Notes under the pieces: generated by a model | What the model was told of the DNA's origin: nothing | Databases searched by the model: none | Seen by the model: only the letters and a program-made list of their open reading frames with translations | NCBI GenBank assembly: GCA_900548085.1 | Contig: URJF01000001.1 | Location: 1-40,331, forward strand | Source of the DNA: an uncultured Oscillospiraceae bacterium | GTDB taxonomy: Bacteria; Bacillota; Clostridia; Oscillospirales; Acutalibacteraceae | Reading direction: 5' to 3' | Length of the DNA: 40,331 bases | Position numbers and translations under genes: made by a program | In this document: piece by piece, positions 30,490 to 39,594 of the stretch | Position numbering within the stretch: position 1 is the stretch's first letter | How the letters are laid out: the number at the start of each line of letters is the position of its first letter

Positions 30490-31566
30490 ATGTTTGAAAA
30501 ATTACAAGAGGTAGAAAAAAGATACGAAGAAGTGAACGAGCTTATCTGCAAGCCGGAGATTATCGCCGACATGGAGCAGTACACAAAGCTGATGAAAGAG
30601 AACAAACATCTTGAGCCGGTAGTAGAGAAGTTCAGAGAATACAAAAAGACAAAGAAAACCTACGAGGAGTCCAAAGAATTGCTGGGTGACAGCAGTCTGG
30701 ACGACGACTTTGCCCAAATGGTAAAAGAAGAATTTGAGCAGAGCAAGGAGGATTTGGACAGAATCAACGAGGAGCTGAAAGTATTGCTTCTCCCTCGTGA
30801 CCCTAACGACGACAAGAATGTTATTATCGAAATCCGTGGAGGAGCCGGCGGCGAGGAGTCGGCACTGTTCGCAGGAGTGCTGTACAGAATGTACAGTATG
30901 TATGCCGAATCAAAAGGCTTTAAGACAGAGGTGTTGTCTGCCAGCGAAACAGGTTTGGGCGGATATAAGGAAATCAGCTTCAGTATCAGCGGAGACGGTG
31001 CATACAGCCGATTCAAATTTGAGAGCGGCGTTCACAGAGTACAGCGTGTACCCGAGACCGAAAGCCAGGGCAGAATCCACACATCGACCACCACGGTAGC
31101 TGTACTGCCGGAGGCTGACGACATAGATTTTGAAATAAACGAAAAGGATTTGCAGATAGACACCTTCCGCTCCAGCGGTGCAGGCGGTCAACATATCAAC
31201 AAAACATCATCGGCTATCCGTATCACCCACATACCCACGGGAACAGTGGTAGAGTGCCAGGACCAAAGATCACAGCACCAAAACAAAGAAAAGGCTATGA
31301 TGGTGCTCCGTGCGAGACTGTACGACGCCGAAAAGGCTAAGCACGATGCCGAAATCGCAGGCGAGCGCAAGGCACAGGTGGGCACAGGCGACAGGTCGGA
31401 GCGTATCCGCACCTACAACTACCCACAGGGCAGAGTGTCAGACCACAGAATCAATCTCACTCTATACAAGCTCGAGCAGATACTCAACGGAGATTTGGAC
31501 GAGCTTATCGACGCACTTATTACTGCAGACACGGCAGAAAAGCTAAAGGCGTCGGGAGAGGAATAA
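30490..31566 (+). CDS. prfA: peptide chain release factor 1
   Basis: [21 protein letters not shown] (PxT), GAGGQ and RTYNYPQ motifs. Confidence 0.97.
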   Translation: MFEKLQEVEKRYEEVNELICKPEIIADMEQYTKLMKENKHLEPVVEKFREYKKTKKTYEESKELLGDSSLDDDFAQMVKEEFEQSKEDLDRINEELKVLLLPRDPNDDKNVIIEIRGGAGGEESALFAGVLYRMYSMYAESKGFKTEVLSASETGLGGYKEISFSISGDGAYSRFKFESGVHRVQRVPETESQGRIHTSTTTVAVLPEADDIDFEINEKDLQIDTFRSSGAGGQHINKTSSAIRITHIPTGTVVECQDQRSQHQNKEKAMMVLRARLYDAEKAKHDAEIAGERKAQVGTGDRSERIRTYNYPQGRVSDHRINLTLYKLEQILNGDLDELIDALITADTAEKLKASGEE

Positions 31567-31573
31567 GTCACAA

Positions 31574-33142
31574 ATGGAGACTAAATTATTTTCCACTGCC
31601 AAAAGCGATATAGCCGAGGCAGGCAGGATACTTGCCGACGGCGGTTTGGTTGCATTTCCCACGGAGACTGTGTACGGTCTGGGTGCGAACGCACTGAACG
31701 AGCAGGCAGTAAAGAACATATACATAGCTAAGGGCAGACCCAGTGACAACCCGCTGATAGTCCATATCGCAAAAAAAGAGGACATCGTACCTTTGGTGCA
31801 AGAGGTTACGCCTAATGCTAAGGCACTGATGGACGCATTTTTCCCGGGTCCGCTGACTATAATACTCAACAAAAGCGACAAAATAAACAAGACCGTGTCC
31901 GGCGGTTTGGACACGGTGGCAATCCGTATGCCCGAAAACAAAGTAGCCAACGCACTGATAGCAGCGGCAGGAGTACCCATTGCGGCACCGAGTGCAAACA
32001 CCTCCGGTCTGCCGTCACCCACCAGAGCAAAATATGTTATAGATGATATGATGGGCAAAATAGACGGAATAATGGACGGCGGCGACTGCAAGTTCGGTGT
32101 GGAGTCCACAGTAATAACTTTGGCAGGCGAAACACCTGTTCTTCTTCGTCCGGGCGCAATAACAAAAGAGATGATAGAGTCTGTAATAGGCGAAATCACC
32201 GTGGCTCCGGCTGTGCTGGAGGGAATGAAAAACGACGAGGTGGCGGCGTCACCGGGAATGAAATACAAGCACTACGCACCAAAGGCAAGAGTTGTAATCG
32301 TAAACGGTACAAAAAAGCAGTACGAAAACTTTGTAAACTCAAGGAAAAACGCCTTTGCTCTGTGCTTTGAGGACGACGATATCACTATACCTCACATCAC
32401 CTACGGCAAGGCTGACGACGATTTGTCTCAGGCGAGAGAGCTTTTTGACGCCCTCCGTGAGTTAGACGAAAATGGAGCAAAAAAAGTGTATGCCCATATT
32501 CCTCACAAGGACGGTGTTGGAATGGCTGTGTACAACCGCCTTATCAGAGCGGCGGCATTCAACATAATCGACCTGACAAAAACATATACCATCGGTCTCA
32601 CCGGTCAAACCGGCGCAGGCAAAAGCTATGTGTGCAAAAAACTGCAAAGCCGTGGCTTTTCTGTAATAGACTGTGACGAGGCGGTAAAGAATATATACGA
32701 GAGCAACTCTGCCCTTGCCGAAAAGCTGGCATCAATATTCGGTGACGAAATATTGGCAGACGGCAAAATCGACAAGAAAGCTCTGGGCAGGATAGTATTT
32801 TCCGACAGCGAAAAATTGAAAAAGCTGAACGAAACAGTGCACCCATATGTTATGGCAGAATGTGCAAAAGAGGCGACTTTTCCCTGTGTGCTCGATGCAC
32901 CGCAGCTGTTTGAGGCAGGAGCAGAAAAGGACTGCTACAAAACGGTGGCAGTGCTGGCAAATGAAGAAACACGGCTGAAGCGAATACTCACAAGAGACGG
33001 AATAACCGCCGACGAGGCAAAAAAGCGTATGAACAGTCAGCACAGCGAGGAATTTTTTATTTCTCACTGCGACTGCGTGATATACAACGATAACGACGAT
33101 ATTGACGCCCAAACGGATAAGCTGTTGGACGAAATATTATAA
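31574..33142 (+). CDS. sua5-coaE: fusion of threonylcarbamoyl-AMP synthase (Sua5/TsaC2) and dephospho-CoA kinase (CoaE)
   Basis: FPTETVYGLG, KGRPSDNPLIVH, AAPSAN, PGMKYKHYAP and AVYNRLIRAA, then in frame IGLTGQTGAGKS, IDCD, LGRIVF, VHP, DAPQLFE, R..R...RD and RM.SQ. Confidence 0.9.
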   Translation: METKLFSTAKSDIAEAGRILADGGLVAFPTETVYGLGANALNEQAVKNIYIAKGRPSDNPLIVHIAKKEDIVPLVQEVTPNAKALMDAFFPGPLTIILNKSDKINKTVSGGLDTVAIRMPENKVANALIAAAGVPIAAPSANTSGLPSPTRAKYVIDDMMGKIDGIMDGGDCKFGVESTVITLAGETPVLLRPGAITKEMIESVIGEITVAPAVLEGMKNDEVAASPGMKYKHYAPKARVVIVNGTKKQYENFVNSRKNAFALCFEDDDITIPHITYGKADDDLSQARELFDALRELDENGAKKVYAHIPHKDGVGMAVYNRLIRAAAFNIIDLTKTYTIGLTGQTGAGKSYVCKKLQSRGFSVIDCDEAVKNIYESNSALAEKLASIFGDEILADGKIDKKALGRIVFSDSEKLKKLNETVHPYVMAECAKEATFPCVLDAPQLFEAGAEKDCYKTVAVLANEETRLKRILTRDGITADEAKKRMNSQHSEEFFISHCDCVIYNDNDDIDAQTDKLLDEIL

Positions 33143-33174
33143 GAAACTCTATAATTTCAGAAAGGATGTTTTTT

Positions 33175-34575
33175 ATGAGTGAAGAAACAAAAGAGCTGAA
33201 AAAGATGCTCTTTAACGAAAAGAAAAACGGCTACGACTTCTTTGACGAAAACGAGCTGGAAACCTGCTATGACTTTTGTGAGGGCTACAAAGGATTTTTG
33301 GCAGAAAACAAAACCGAGCGTGAGTTCGCACAGTCTGTATTAGAGCTTGCGCAGGGCGAAAAGTTTGTAGAATTTGACAAATTCGGCGCACCGCTGCAGC
33401 CCGGCGAAAAGGTATATTACTTCAACAGAGGCAAGTCAATTATCCTCTGTGTAAAAGGCCGCAGACCTGTATCCGAGGGTGTAAGAATAAGTGCCGCTCA
33501 CATAGACTCACCTCGTCTTGACCTAAAGCAATGCCCTGTATATGAGCAGGAGGGCGTAGGCTACTTCAAAACTCACTACTACGGCGGAATCAAAAAGTAT
33601 CAGTGGACTGCACTCCCGCTGTCTCTCCACGGCAAAATCTGCAAGGCAGACGGCAGTGAGATAACAGTAAAAATCGGTGAAGAACCAAGCGAACCAAAGT
33701 TCTGCATCACCGACATTTTGCCACACCTCTGCGGCGAACAGATGGCACGCAAGACTAACGAAATAGTAAAGGGCGAAGAACTGAATGTACTCATAGGCTC
33801 CCGTCCGTTCAAAGATGATGATGAAAGCGAGAGAATCAAGCTCTATCTGCTTAAGCTCCTCAACGACAAATACGGCATTGTGGAGCAGGATTTCTTATCG
33901 GCTGAGCTTGAACTTGTACCGGCACTGAGCGTGGACGACATTGGCTTTGACCGCAGTATGATAGGCGGCTACGGCCACGACGACAAGGTTTGCAGCTATC
34001 CGGCTATGCAAGCTATATTCAGCATAGAGGGCGCACCGGAATACACCGCCATTACCGTACTCACCGACAAGGAGGAGACAGGTTCCGACGGAAATACCGG
34101 TCTCCGCTCATCTTATTTGAAATACTTTATCGAAGATTTGGCTCGTTTGGAGGGTTGCGAGGGCAGAGATGTATTGTCTAACTCAAAATGTCTCTCTGCC
34201 GATGTTAATGCGGCTTATGACCCAACATGGTCTTTTGCTTACGAAAAGAATAACGCTTCTTTCATCAACAAGGGCGTATGCGTGACTAAGTTCACCGGAG
34301 CAAGAGGAAAGGGCGACACCTCTGACGCAAGTGCCGAATACTGCGGATGGGTACGCAGACTTCTGGACCAAAACCATGTTCTCTGGCAGACCGGCGAGCT
34401 GGGCAAGGTTGACGGAGGAGGCGGCGGAACAGTCGCTATGTATATCGCCAATATGGATGTGGACACTATCGATGTGGGTGTGCCTGTACTCTCTATGCAT
34501 GCACCGTACGAGGTAGTCAGCAAGATAGATGTCTACAGCGCATACAAAGCTTTCCTCACTTTCTTCACAAAGTAA
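33175..34575 (+). CDS. M18 family (aspartyl) aminopeptidase
   Basis: AHIDSPRLDLK, THYYGGIKKYQW, HDDKVC, DKEETGS and LSMHAP motifs. Confidence 0.9.
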   Translation: MSEETKELKKMLFNEKKNGYDFFDENELETCYDFCEGYKGFLAENKTEREFAQSVLELAQGEKFVEFDKFGAPLQPGEKVYYFNRGKSIILCVKGRRPVSEGVRISAAHIDSPRLDLKQCPVYEQEGVGYFKTHYYGGIKKYQWTALPLSLHGKICKADGSEITVKIGEEPSEPKFCITDILPHLCGEQMARKTNEIVKGEELNVLIGSRPFKDDDESERIKLYLLKLLNDKYGIVEQDFLSAELELVPALSVDDIGFDRSMIGGYGHDDKVCSYPAMQAIFSIEGAPEYTAITVLTDKEETGSDGNTGLRSSYLKYFIEDLARLEGCEGRDVLSNSKCLSADVNAAYDPTWSFAYEKNNASFINKGVCVTKFTGARGKGDTSDASAEYCGWVRRLLDQNHVLWQTGELGKVDGGGGGTVAMYIANMDVDTIDVGVPVLSMHAPYEVVSKIDVYSAYKAFLTFFTK

Positions 34576-34587
34576 AATAAGAATACA

Positions 34588-34622
34588 GAAAAAACAGTCT
34601 CACTGCGGAGACTGTTTTTTTC
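34588..34622. terminator. bidirectional terminator
   Basis: AAAAAACAGTCTC-loop-GAGACTGTTTTTT. Confidence 0.88.
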
Positions 34623-34625
34623 ATA

Positions 34626-35327
34626 TTAAATGCAGAATTTATGATTTCCGATTTCTTTTATGACCGTGCGGGAGTGCATAAATTTGTCACTTGTTTTGGC
34701 GGCATTAAAATAATATACGGCACCGCCGGAGGGGTCCCATCCGTTCAGTGCATCACGGGCGGCACGCTTGCTTGACTCTGCCACGGGAGCATACCAATTT
34801 GAGTCATTAACACAGGAAAATGCACCTTTTTGGTACACCACTCCCGACAGAGAGTCCGGAAAATCGGGATGTGCCACACGATTGAGAATAACTGCACCCA
34901 CGGCTACCTGCCCCTCATAGCTTTCGCCTCTCGCCTCGGCAGAGATAACCTTAGCCAGCAGCTCCACATCCGCATCTGTATAGCCTGTATTGTTACTGCC
35001 GCCGGAGCTTCCGCCTAAGCCCAAATACAACAGTGTTTTGCTGCCGCAAATTCCGTCGGCTGTAATGCCGCAATTTTTTTGAAATGCCGTAACCGCTTTT
35101 TTTGTGCCGGTGCCGTAAACACCGTCCACAGAGCCGTTATAATATCCGAGACTTTTCAGCTTTTGCTGTACCTTTTTTACCTCTGCTCCGGAGGAACCCA
35201 GCTTCGACACAACCGCAGTCAGTGAGGAGGTGCCGCTCACCGCCATACTCCATATACCTGTGCCGACACACATAGCAACTACCACCGACAAAAACAGAGC
35301 AGCAGCCTTTTTTGCATATTTTTTCAT
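34626..35327 (-). CDS. sleB: spore cortex-lytic enzyme
   Basis: Signal peptide, PG-binding domain (QQKLK.LGY..VDGVYG..T..AV..FQ) and Hydrolase_2 domain (AEARGE...GQVAVGAVILNRV, GWDPSGGAVYYFN, IGNHKF). Confidence 0.9.
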   Translation of the reverse strand: MKKYAKKAAALFLSVVVAMCVGTGIWSMAVSGTSSLTAVVSKLGSSGAEVKKVQQKLKSLGYYNGSVDGVYGTGTKKAVTAFQKNCGITADGICGSKTLLYLGLGGSSGGSNNTGYTDADVELLAKVISAEARGESYEGQVAVGAVILNRVAHPDFPDSLSGVVYQKGAFSCVNDSNWYAPVAESSKRAARDALNGWDPSGGAVYYFNAAKTSDKFMHSRTVIKEIGNHKFCI

Positions 35328-35355
35328 AATAATCACCCTTACTATTTTTTTACGC

Positions 35356-35622
35356 TTACAACAAATTATTCAGTATAAATGCCGTGGCTGTGCCTGCACC
35401 GAGTCCGAGAGCAAGATAAGCGAGCGAGCGGACAAACTGTCGCAGACTCCTCTTTTGGCGGGGAGGCTTTTGGTTCACCGATGAAAAGCGCTTTGCCTCA
35501 TCTCTCAGCTTTTTTTCGTCAAAGCCGTTAGGCGTAGGGCGGACAAAAAAGATAATTTTTTCAAAATACGGAGAGTCGGTATCGCTGACCTCGAGTATCT
35601 GTTTGTTTACACCTTTAAGCAT
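35356..35622 (-). CDS. small hypothetical protein with a C-terminal TM helix
   Basis: The ATG at 35622 follows GAAAGGA (MLKGVNKQILEV...). The C-terminus is hydrophobic, and the gene ends 28 bp upstream of sleB. Confidence 0.7.
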   Translation of the reverse strand: MLKGVNKQILEVSDTDSPYFEKIIFFVRPTPNGFDEKKLRDEAKRFSSVNQKPPRQKRSLRQFVRSLAYLALGLGAGTATAFILNNLL

Positions 35623-35690
35623 AGAAAAATTCCTTTCAAAATTATACAAATAGTGTTTGTTTTTTGGGTAAAAAATATTCCTTTTTCCTT

Positions 35691-35697
35691 TGTCGAA
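35691..35697 (+). promoter_or_regulatory. Spo0A box
   Basis: Exact TGTCGAA in intergenic DNA next to the DnaA boxes. Confidence 0.45.
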
Positions 35698-35755
35698 ATT
35701 TGTTAATTTTGAGCAACATTTACCCCTTGACAAAGGGTGAGTATAACGATTTGTA

Positions 35756-35909
35756 TTATCCACAGCGGAAAAGCCCATTGTGGAAAACTCTGTGGAAAAT
35801 GTTTAAAAGTACCCCTGAAAAGGGTATAAAATAGCCATTTTCGGTGTTGAAAACCTTATTTTTACTTTGGATTGATTACTTTTCAACATTTTACACATAG
35901 TTTTCAACA
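35756..35909. promoter_or_regulatory. DnaA-box cluster (8 boxes)
   Basis: TTATCCACA at 35756, TGTGGAAAA at 35779 and 35791, TGTTTAAAA at 35800, TGTTGAAAA at 35845, TTTTCAACA at 35880 and 35901, and TTTTACACA at 35889, all in an AT-rich intergenic region. Confidence 0.82.
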
Positions 35910-36023
35910 GTAACAATTAGTAATATTTTTTTGTTGAAATTGCTATTTTTAACTTTAACTCTTGACACAAAAATGGTATAATCTTTTTTAATACAGACAG
36001 TGAAATTTCGGAGCAAAACGATA

Positions 36024-36842
36024 ATGAAAATTACAGAAAAAAACGGCGACATTTTTGTCACCCCCGTTGAGTGCTTTGACTTGGATTTGACGCTGGACTG
36101 CGGTCAGGCATTCAGATGGAAAAAAAACGAGGACGGCTCATACACCGGAGTGGCAAAAAATCACCCCCTGACTCTCAAAAAAGAGGGTGACACTCTGATA
36201 CTGAAAAATACCGACAAGAATATTTTTGACACCTTTTGGAAAAATTATTTTGATTTGGACAGAGATTACAAAAAAATCTGCGACAAGCTGAAAGAGGACA
36301 AGCTCCTCAGCTCCACCATAGACGAATACTATGGCATAAGGATACTGAATCAGGACAGCTGGGAGGCTCTGTGCTCATTTGTAATCAGTCAGCAAAACAA
36401 TATAAAGAGAATTAAGCTGATTATCGACCGACTTTGCAATGCGTACGGCGATGACTTGGGCAACGAGCTGTACTCTTTTCCTACAGCAAAAAGACTGTCA
36501 AAACTGAGCGAGGACGACTTTAACGCTTTGGGCTGCGGCTATCGCTCAAAATATCTGGAAAGACTTTCCAAAGGGGTTGCCTCCGGCGAAATTAATCTAA
36601 AAGCAATAAAAAAGCTCCCTCTCGAACAAGCGAAAAAGGAGCTGAAAAGCATCTACGGAGTGGGCGAAAAGGTGGCTAACTGTGCACTGCTGTTCGGAAT
36701 GGGCTACTACAGTGCCTTTCCGCTGGATGTATGGATGAAAAGAGTTATGGAATACTATCCCGACGGGCTGCCAAAATGTTTTGAGGGCTACGAGGGAATA
36801 GCACAGCAATACCTGTTCCACTGGGCAAGAAACAATCTGTAA
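36024..36842 (+). CDS. ogg: 8-oxoguanine DNA glycosylase (Ogg, HhH-GPD)
   Basis: TLDCGQAFRW, GIRILNQD.WE, SQQNNIKRI, GYRSKY, GVGEKVANC and FPLDVW motifs. Confidence 0.88.
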   Translation: MKITEKNGDIFVTPVECFDLDLTLDCGQAFRWKKNEDGSYTGVAKNHPLTLKKEGDTLILKNTDKNIFDTFWKNYFDLDRDYKKICDKLKEDKLLSSTIDEYYGIRILNQDSWEALCSFVISQQNNIKRIKLIIDRLCNAYGDDLGNELYSFPTAKRLSKLSEDDFNALGCGYRSKYLERLSKGVASGEINLKAIKKLPLEQAKKELKSIYGVGEKVANCALLFGMGYYSAFPLDVWMKRVMEYYPDGLPKCFEGYEGIAQQYLFHWARNNL

Positions 36843-36853
36843 AGGAAAAATAT

Positions 36854-37573
36854 ATGCAAAAACTATTCATAGACTACACACCCGAAAAAAATATTATACT
36901 GGACGGCGAGGAGGCACGCCATATCGCAAAATCACTGCGTATGAAGGTGGGCGATATGCTGACCGTCACCGACGGCAGCGGCGAGGACTACGGCTGCCTA
37001 ATCACCCAAATCACAAAAGACACGGTGACTCTGGAGGTGTGTTACAAGCAGGCAAACGGCAGCGAGCCGAGCTGCAAAGTAACCATATATCAAGGTGTGC
37101 CAAAGAGCACAAAGACAGAGGATATTATCCAAAAATGCGTGGAGCTGGGCGTATACAGAATTGTGCCCACTTTGACGAAAAGGAGCGTCAGCCGCCCTGA
37201 TGAGAAGTCGGCGAGCAAAAAAAATCAGCGCTACAAAAAAATAGCATTAGAGGCGGCACAACAAAGCGGCAGAGGAATTATACCCGAAATCAGTCCCCAA
37301 ACCACACTGAAACAAGCATTGGCAGAGGACAGTGCTAATAAAAAAATCGTATTTTATGAGGGTGGCGGCGACAAGCTGAAAGACATAATCTCTCCCGACG
37401 ATGACAAGGTATCAATATATATCGGTCCCGAAGGCGGATTTGAACCGGAGGAAGTAGAGGCGATAGTTTCAGCCGGAGGACGCCGGGCTACTCTCGGTCC
37501 ACGCATACTGCGGACACAGACCGCACCGGTAGCGGCACTGACTGCAATAATGCTGCTGACGGACAATATGTAA
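36854..37573 (+). CDS. rsmE: 16S rRNA m3U1498 methyltransferase
   Basis: HIAKSLRM, QKCVELGV, EAAQQSGR, IGPEGGF and LGPRILR motifs. Confidence 0.95.
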   Translation: MQKLFIDYTPEKNIILDGEEARHIAKSLRMKVGDMLTVTDGSGEDYGCLITQITKDTVTLEVCYKQANGSEPSCKVTIYQGVPKSTKTEDIIQKCVELGVYRIVPTLTKRSVSRPDEKSASKKNQRYKKIALEAAQQSGRGIIPEISPQTTLKQALAEDSANKKIVFYEGGGDKLKDIISPDDDKVSIYIGPEGGFEPEEVEAIVSAGGRRATLGPRILRTQTAPVAALTAIMLLTDNM

Positions 37574-37582
37574 ACTAACCTG

Positions 37583-37612
37583 TTGACAAATCACCGTGAC
37601 GATGTATATAAT
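37583..37612 (+). promoter_or_regulatory. sigma-A promoter of the FMN riboswitch-ribU transcript
   Basis: TTGACA-18bp-TATAAT. Confidence 0.75.
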
Positions 37613-37623
37613 ATAGGTACAAA

Positions 37624-37736
37624 ATATTTCGGGGCGAGGTGCAATTCCTCACCGGTGGTACAGTCCACGACCTGCGAGAGCAGCTGATTCGGTGCAATTC
37701 CGAAACCGACGGTTACAGTCCGGATGAGAGAAATAT
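37624..37736 (+). ncRNA. FMN riboswitch (RFN element)
   Basis: TTCGGGGC.AGGTGCAATTCCT.ACCGGTGGTA.AGTCCACGA...TCGGTGCAATTCCGA.ACCGACGGT..AGTCCGGATGAGAGAA, with P1 ATATTTC/GAAATAT, upstream of an ECF S-component gene. Confidence 0.95.
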
Positions 37737-37777
37737 ACTATATACCTGCTGTGTTTGTGCAGGAAAATAGCAAATAC

Positions 37778-37810
37778 ACCCCGATACCGTGAGTATCGGG
37801 GTTTCTCTTT
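37778..37810 (+). terminator. riboswitch attenuator terminator
   Basis: ACCCCGATAC-loop-GTATCGGGGT followed by TTCTCTTT. Its left arm can alternatively pair with the aptamer TCGGGG. Confidence 0.8.
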
Positions 37811-37837
37811 TGCCTCCCCGGCAAGAAGGAGATTATT

Positions 37838-38440
37838 ATGAAAACAAACACAACCAAATCACACAGCACAACAAAAACAAGGCTCATATGCGGCTGCGGT
37901 ATGCTCGCTGCGGCGGCGACTGCACTGCAATATTTGGAGATACCGAGCCCTGTCAACTTTATTGCACTGGATTTTTCCGACCTGCCGGCACTGATGGGTG
38001 CCTTTGCCTACGGCCCTGTGGCAGGTGTGCTGATAGAGCTGATAAAAAATATCATTCACTTGGCTGTCAGCAAAAGCGGATATGTGGGTGAGCTGTCAAA
38101 CTTCATATTAGGCGCAATATTCACCGCCACAGCCGGAATAATCTACAAAAACAAAAAGACTAAAAAGGCGGCAATAATCGGCGGAACAGTGGGAGCACTG
38201 CTTATGGCACTGGTAAGCTGGCCCTCCAACTATTTTATCGTATATCCGTTTTATTACAACTTTATGCCAAAGGCAACGGTGCTGAGCATGTACCAAGATG
38301 TGTTTAGAGTAAACAGCATTGAGGCGGCGCTGGTGATATATAACATTCCGTTCACCTTCATAAAAGGAATGATAAGCGTGATAATAACCCGATTCATATA
38401 CAAACCGCTGTCGCCTATTCTGCACGGCCGTGAAAAATAA
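37838..38440 (+). CDS. ribU: ECF transporter S component, riboflavin
   Basis: LDFSDLPAL.G.FAYGP..G..IELIKN and YNIPFTFIKG motifs, under FMN riboswitch control. Confidence 0.9.
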   Translation: MKTNTTKSHSTTKTRLICGCGMLAAAATALQYLEIPSPVNFIALDFSDLPALMGAFAYGPVAGVLIELIKNIIHLAVSKSGYVGELSNFILGAIFTATAGIIYKNKKTKKAAIIGGTVGALLMALVSWPSNYFIVYPFYYNFMPKATVLSMYQDVFRVNSIEAALVIYNIPFTFIKGMISVIITRFIYKPLSPILHGREK

Positions 38441-38459
38441 AAAAGCCATAATTTTTGGG

Positions 38460-38488
38460 TTGCTATTTGAACCAAATTGTAATATAAT
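38460..38488 (+). promoter_or_regulatory. sigma-A promoter of fba
   Basis: TTGCTA-17bp-TATAAT. Confidence 0.65.
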
Positions 38489-38551
38489 ACAGGTGTATGG
38501 GCAAATAGGCTTTGCTTATGCCCAAAATCTAAATTATAGGAGATAAAAATT

Positions 38552-39493
38552 ATGCCATTAGTTACTACTACAGAAATGTTCAAAAAGGCATACGAAGGCG
38601 GCTATGCAATCGGCGCTTTCAATGTAAACAACATGGAAATTGTACAGGGTATCACAAGAGCAGCAAAGAAGCTTGAGGCTCCCGTTATCCTTCAGTGCTC
38701 GGCAGGTGCAAGAAAATATGCATCTCACAACTATCTCGTTGCTATGGTAAAGGCTGCTGCAGAGGAGACAGGTCTCCCTATCGCACTTCACCTTGACCAC
38801 GGTCCTGACTTTGAAACCTGTAAGGACTGCATCGACGGCGGTTTCACCTCTGTTATGATCGACGGTTCTTCTCTCCCGTACGAAGAGAATATTGCAGTAA
38901 CAAAGAAGGTAGTAGAATACGCACATGCTCACGGCGTTGTTGTTGAGGGTGAACTCGGTACTCTCGCCGGTGTAGAGGACGATGTAAAAGTAGATGCAGA
39001 CAACGCATCTTACACAAGACCCGAAGAAGTTTATGACTTTGCTACACGCACAGGCGTTGACTCACTCGCTATCGCAATCGGTACTTCTCACGGTGCATAT
39101 AAGTTTAAGCCCGGTCAGAAGCCACAGCTCAGATTCGACATTCTCGAAGAGGTAGGCAAGCAGCTTCCTAACTTCCCAATCGTACTCCACGGTGCATCTT
39201 CCGTAAATCAGGAGCACATTAAGATGATCAACCAATACGGCGGCGAAATGCCTGATGCTATCGGTATCCCTGAGGATATGCTCAGAGAGGCTGCATCTAT
39301 GGCTGTCTGCAAAATCAATGTAGACTCCGATATTCGTATCGCTATGACTGCTGCTATCAGAAAGCACTTCTGCGAGAACCCATCTCACTTTGACCCTCGT
39401 CAATATCTTAAACCTGCAAGAGACCTTATCGAAGAGGTTGTTGCTCACAAGATTGATGTTGTATTCGGTTCAAAGGGACACGCTTTCGACTAA
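38552..39493 (+). CDS. fba: class II fructose-1,6-bisphosphate aldolase
   Basis: GAFNVNN, ALHLDHG, SVMIDGS, VEGELG, GTSHGAYK, VLHGAS and KINVD motifs. Confidence 0.95.
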   Translation: MPLVTTTEMFKKAYEGGYAIGAFNVNNMEIVQGITRAAKKLEAPVILQCSAGARKYASHNYLVAMVKAAAEETGLPIALHLDHGPDFETCKDCIDGGFTSVMIDGSSLPYEENIAVTKKVVEYAHAHGVVVEGELGTLAGVEDDVKVDADNASYTRPEEVYDFATRTGVDSLAIAIGTSHGAYKFKPGQKPQLRFDILEEVGKQLPNFPIVLHGASSVNQEHIKMINQYGGEMPDAIGIPEDMLREAASMAVCKINVDSDIRIAMTAAIRKHFCENPSHFDPRQYLKPARDLIEEVVAHKIDVVFGSKGHAFD

Positions 39494-39512
39494 TCAAAAT
39501 ATAAAAATTACC

Positions 39513-39547
39513 GCACACCGAGTCACCCGATTCGGTGTGTTTTTTTA
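39513..39547 (+). terminator. terminator of fba
   Basis: GCACACCGA-loop-TCGGTGTGT followed by a T-tract. Confidence 0.8.
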
Positions 39548-39550
39548 TAC

Positions 39551-39579
39551 AAAAAAGCTCTCCGTGGGGAGAGCTTTTC
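39551..39579 (-). terminator. terminator of the GH2 gene
   Basis: AAAAAAGCTCTCC-GTG-GGGAGAGCTTTT. Confidence 0.75.
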
Positions 39580-39594
39580 TGTTTATCTGTCTAT

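Noticed and set aside
35623..35778. N-terminal extension of the 140-aa ORF over the DnaA-box region
   Set aside because: It is AT-rich regulatory DNA. The RBS supports a start at 35622.
35779..35909. The 30-bp inverted repeat as MITE ends or an invertible switch
   Set aside because: The mismatches fall at degenerate DnaA-box or spacer positions. I saw no target duplication and no recombinase nearby.
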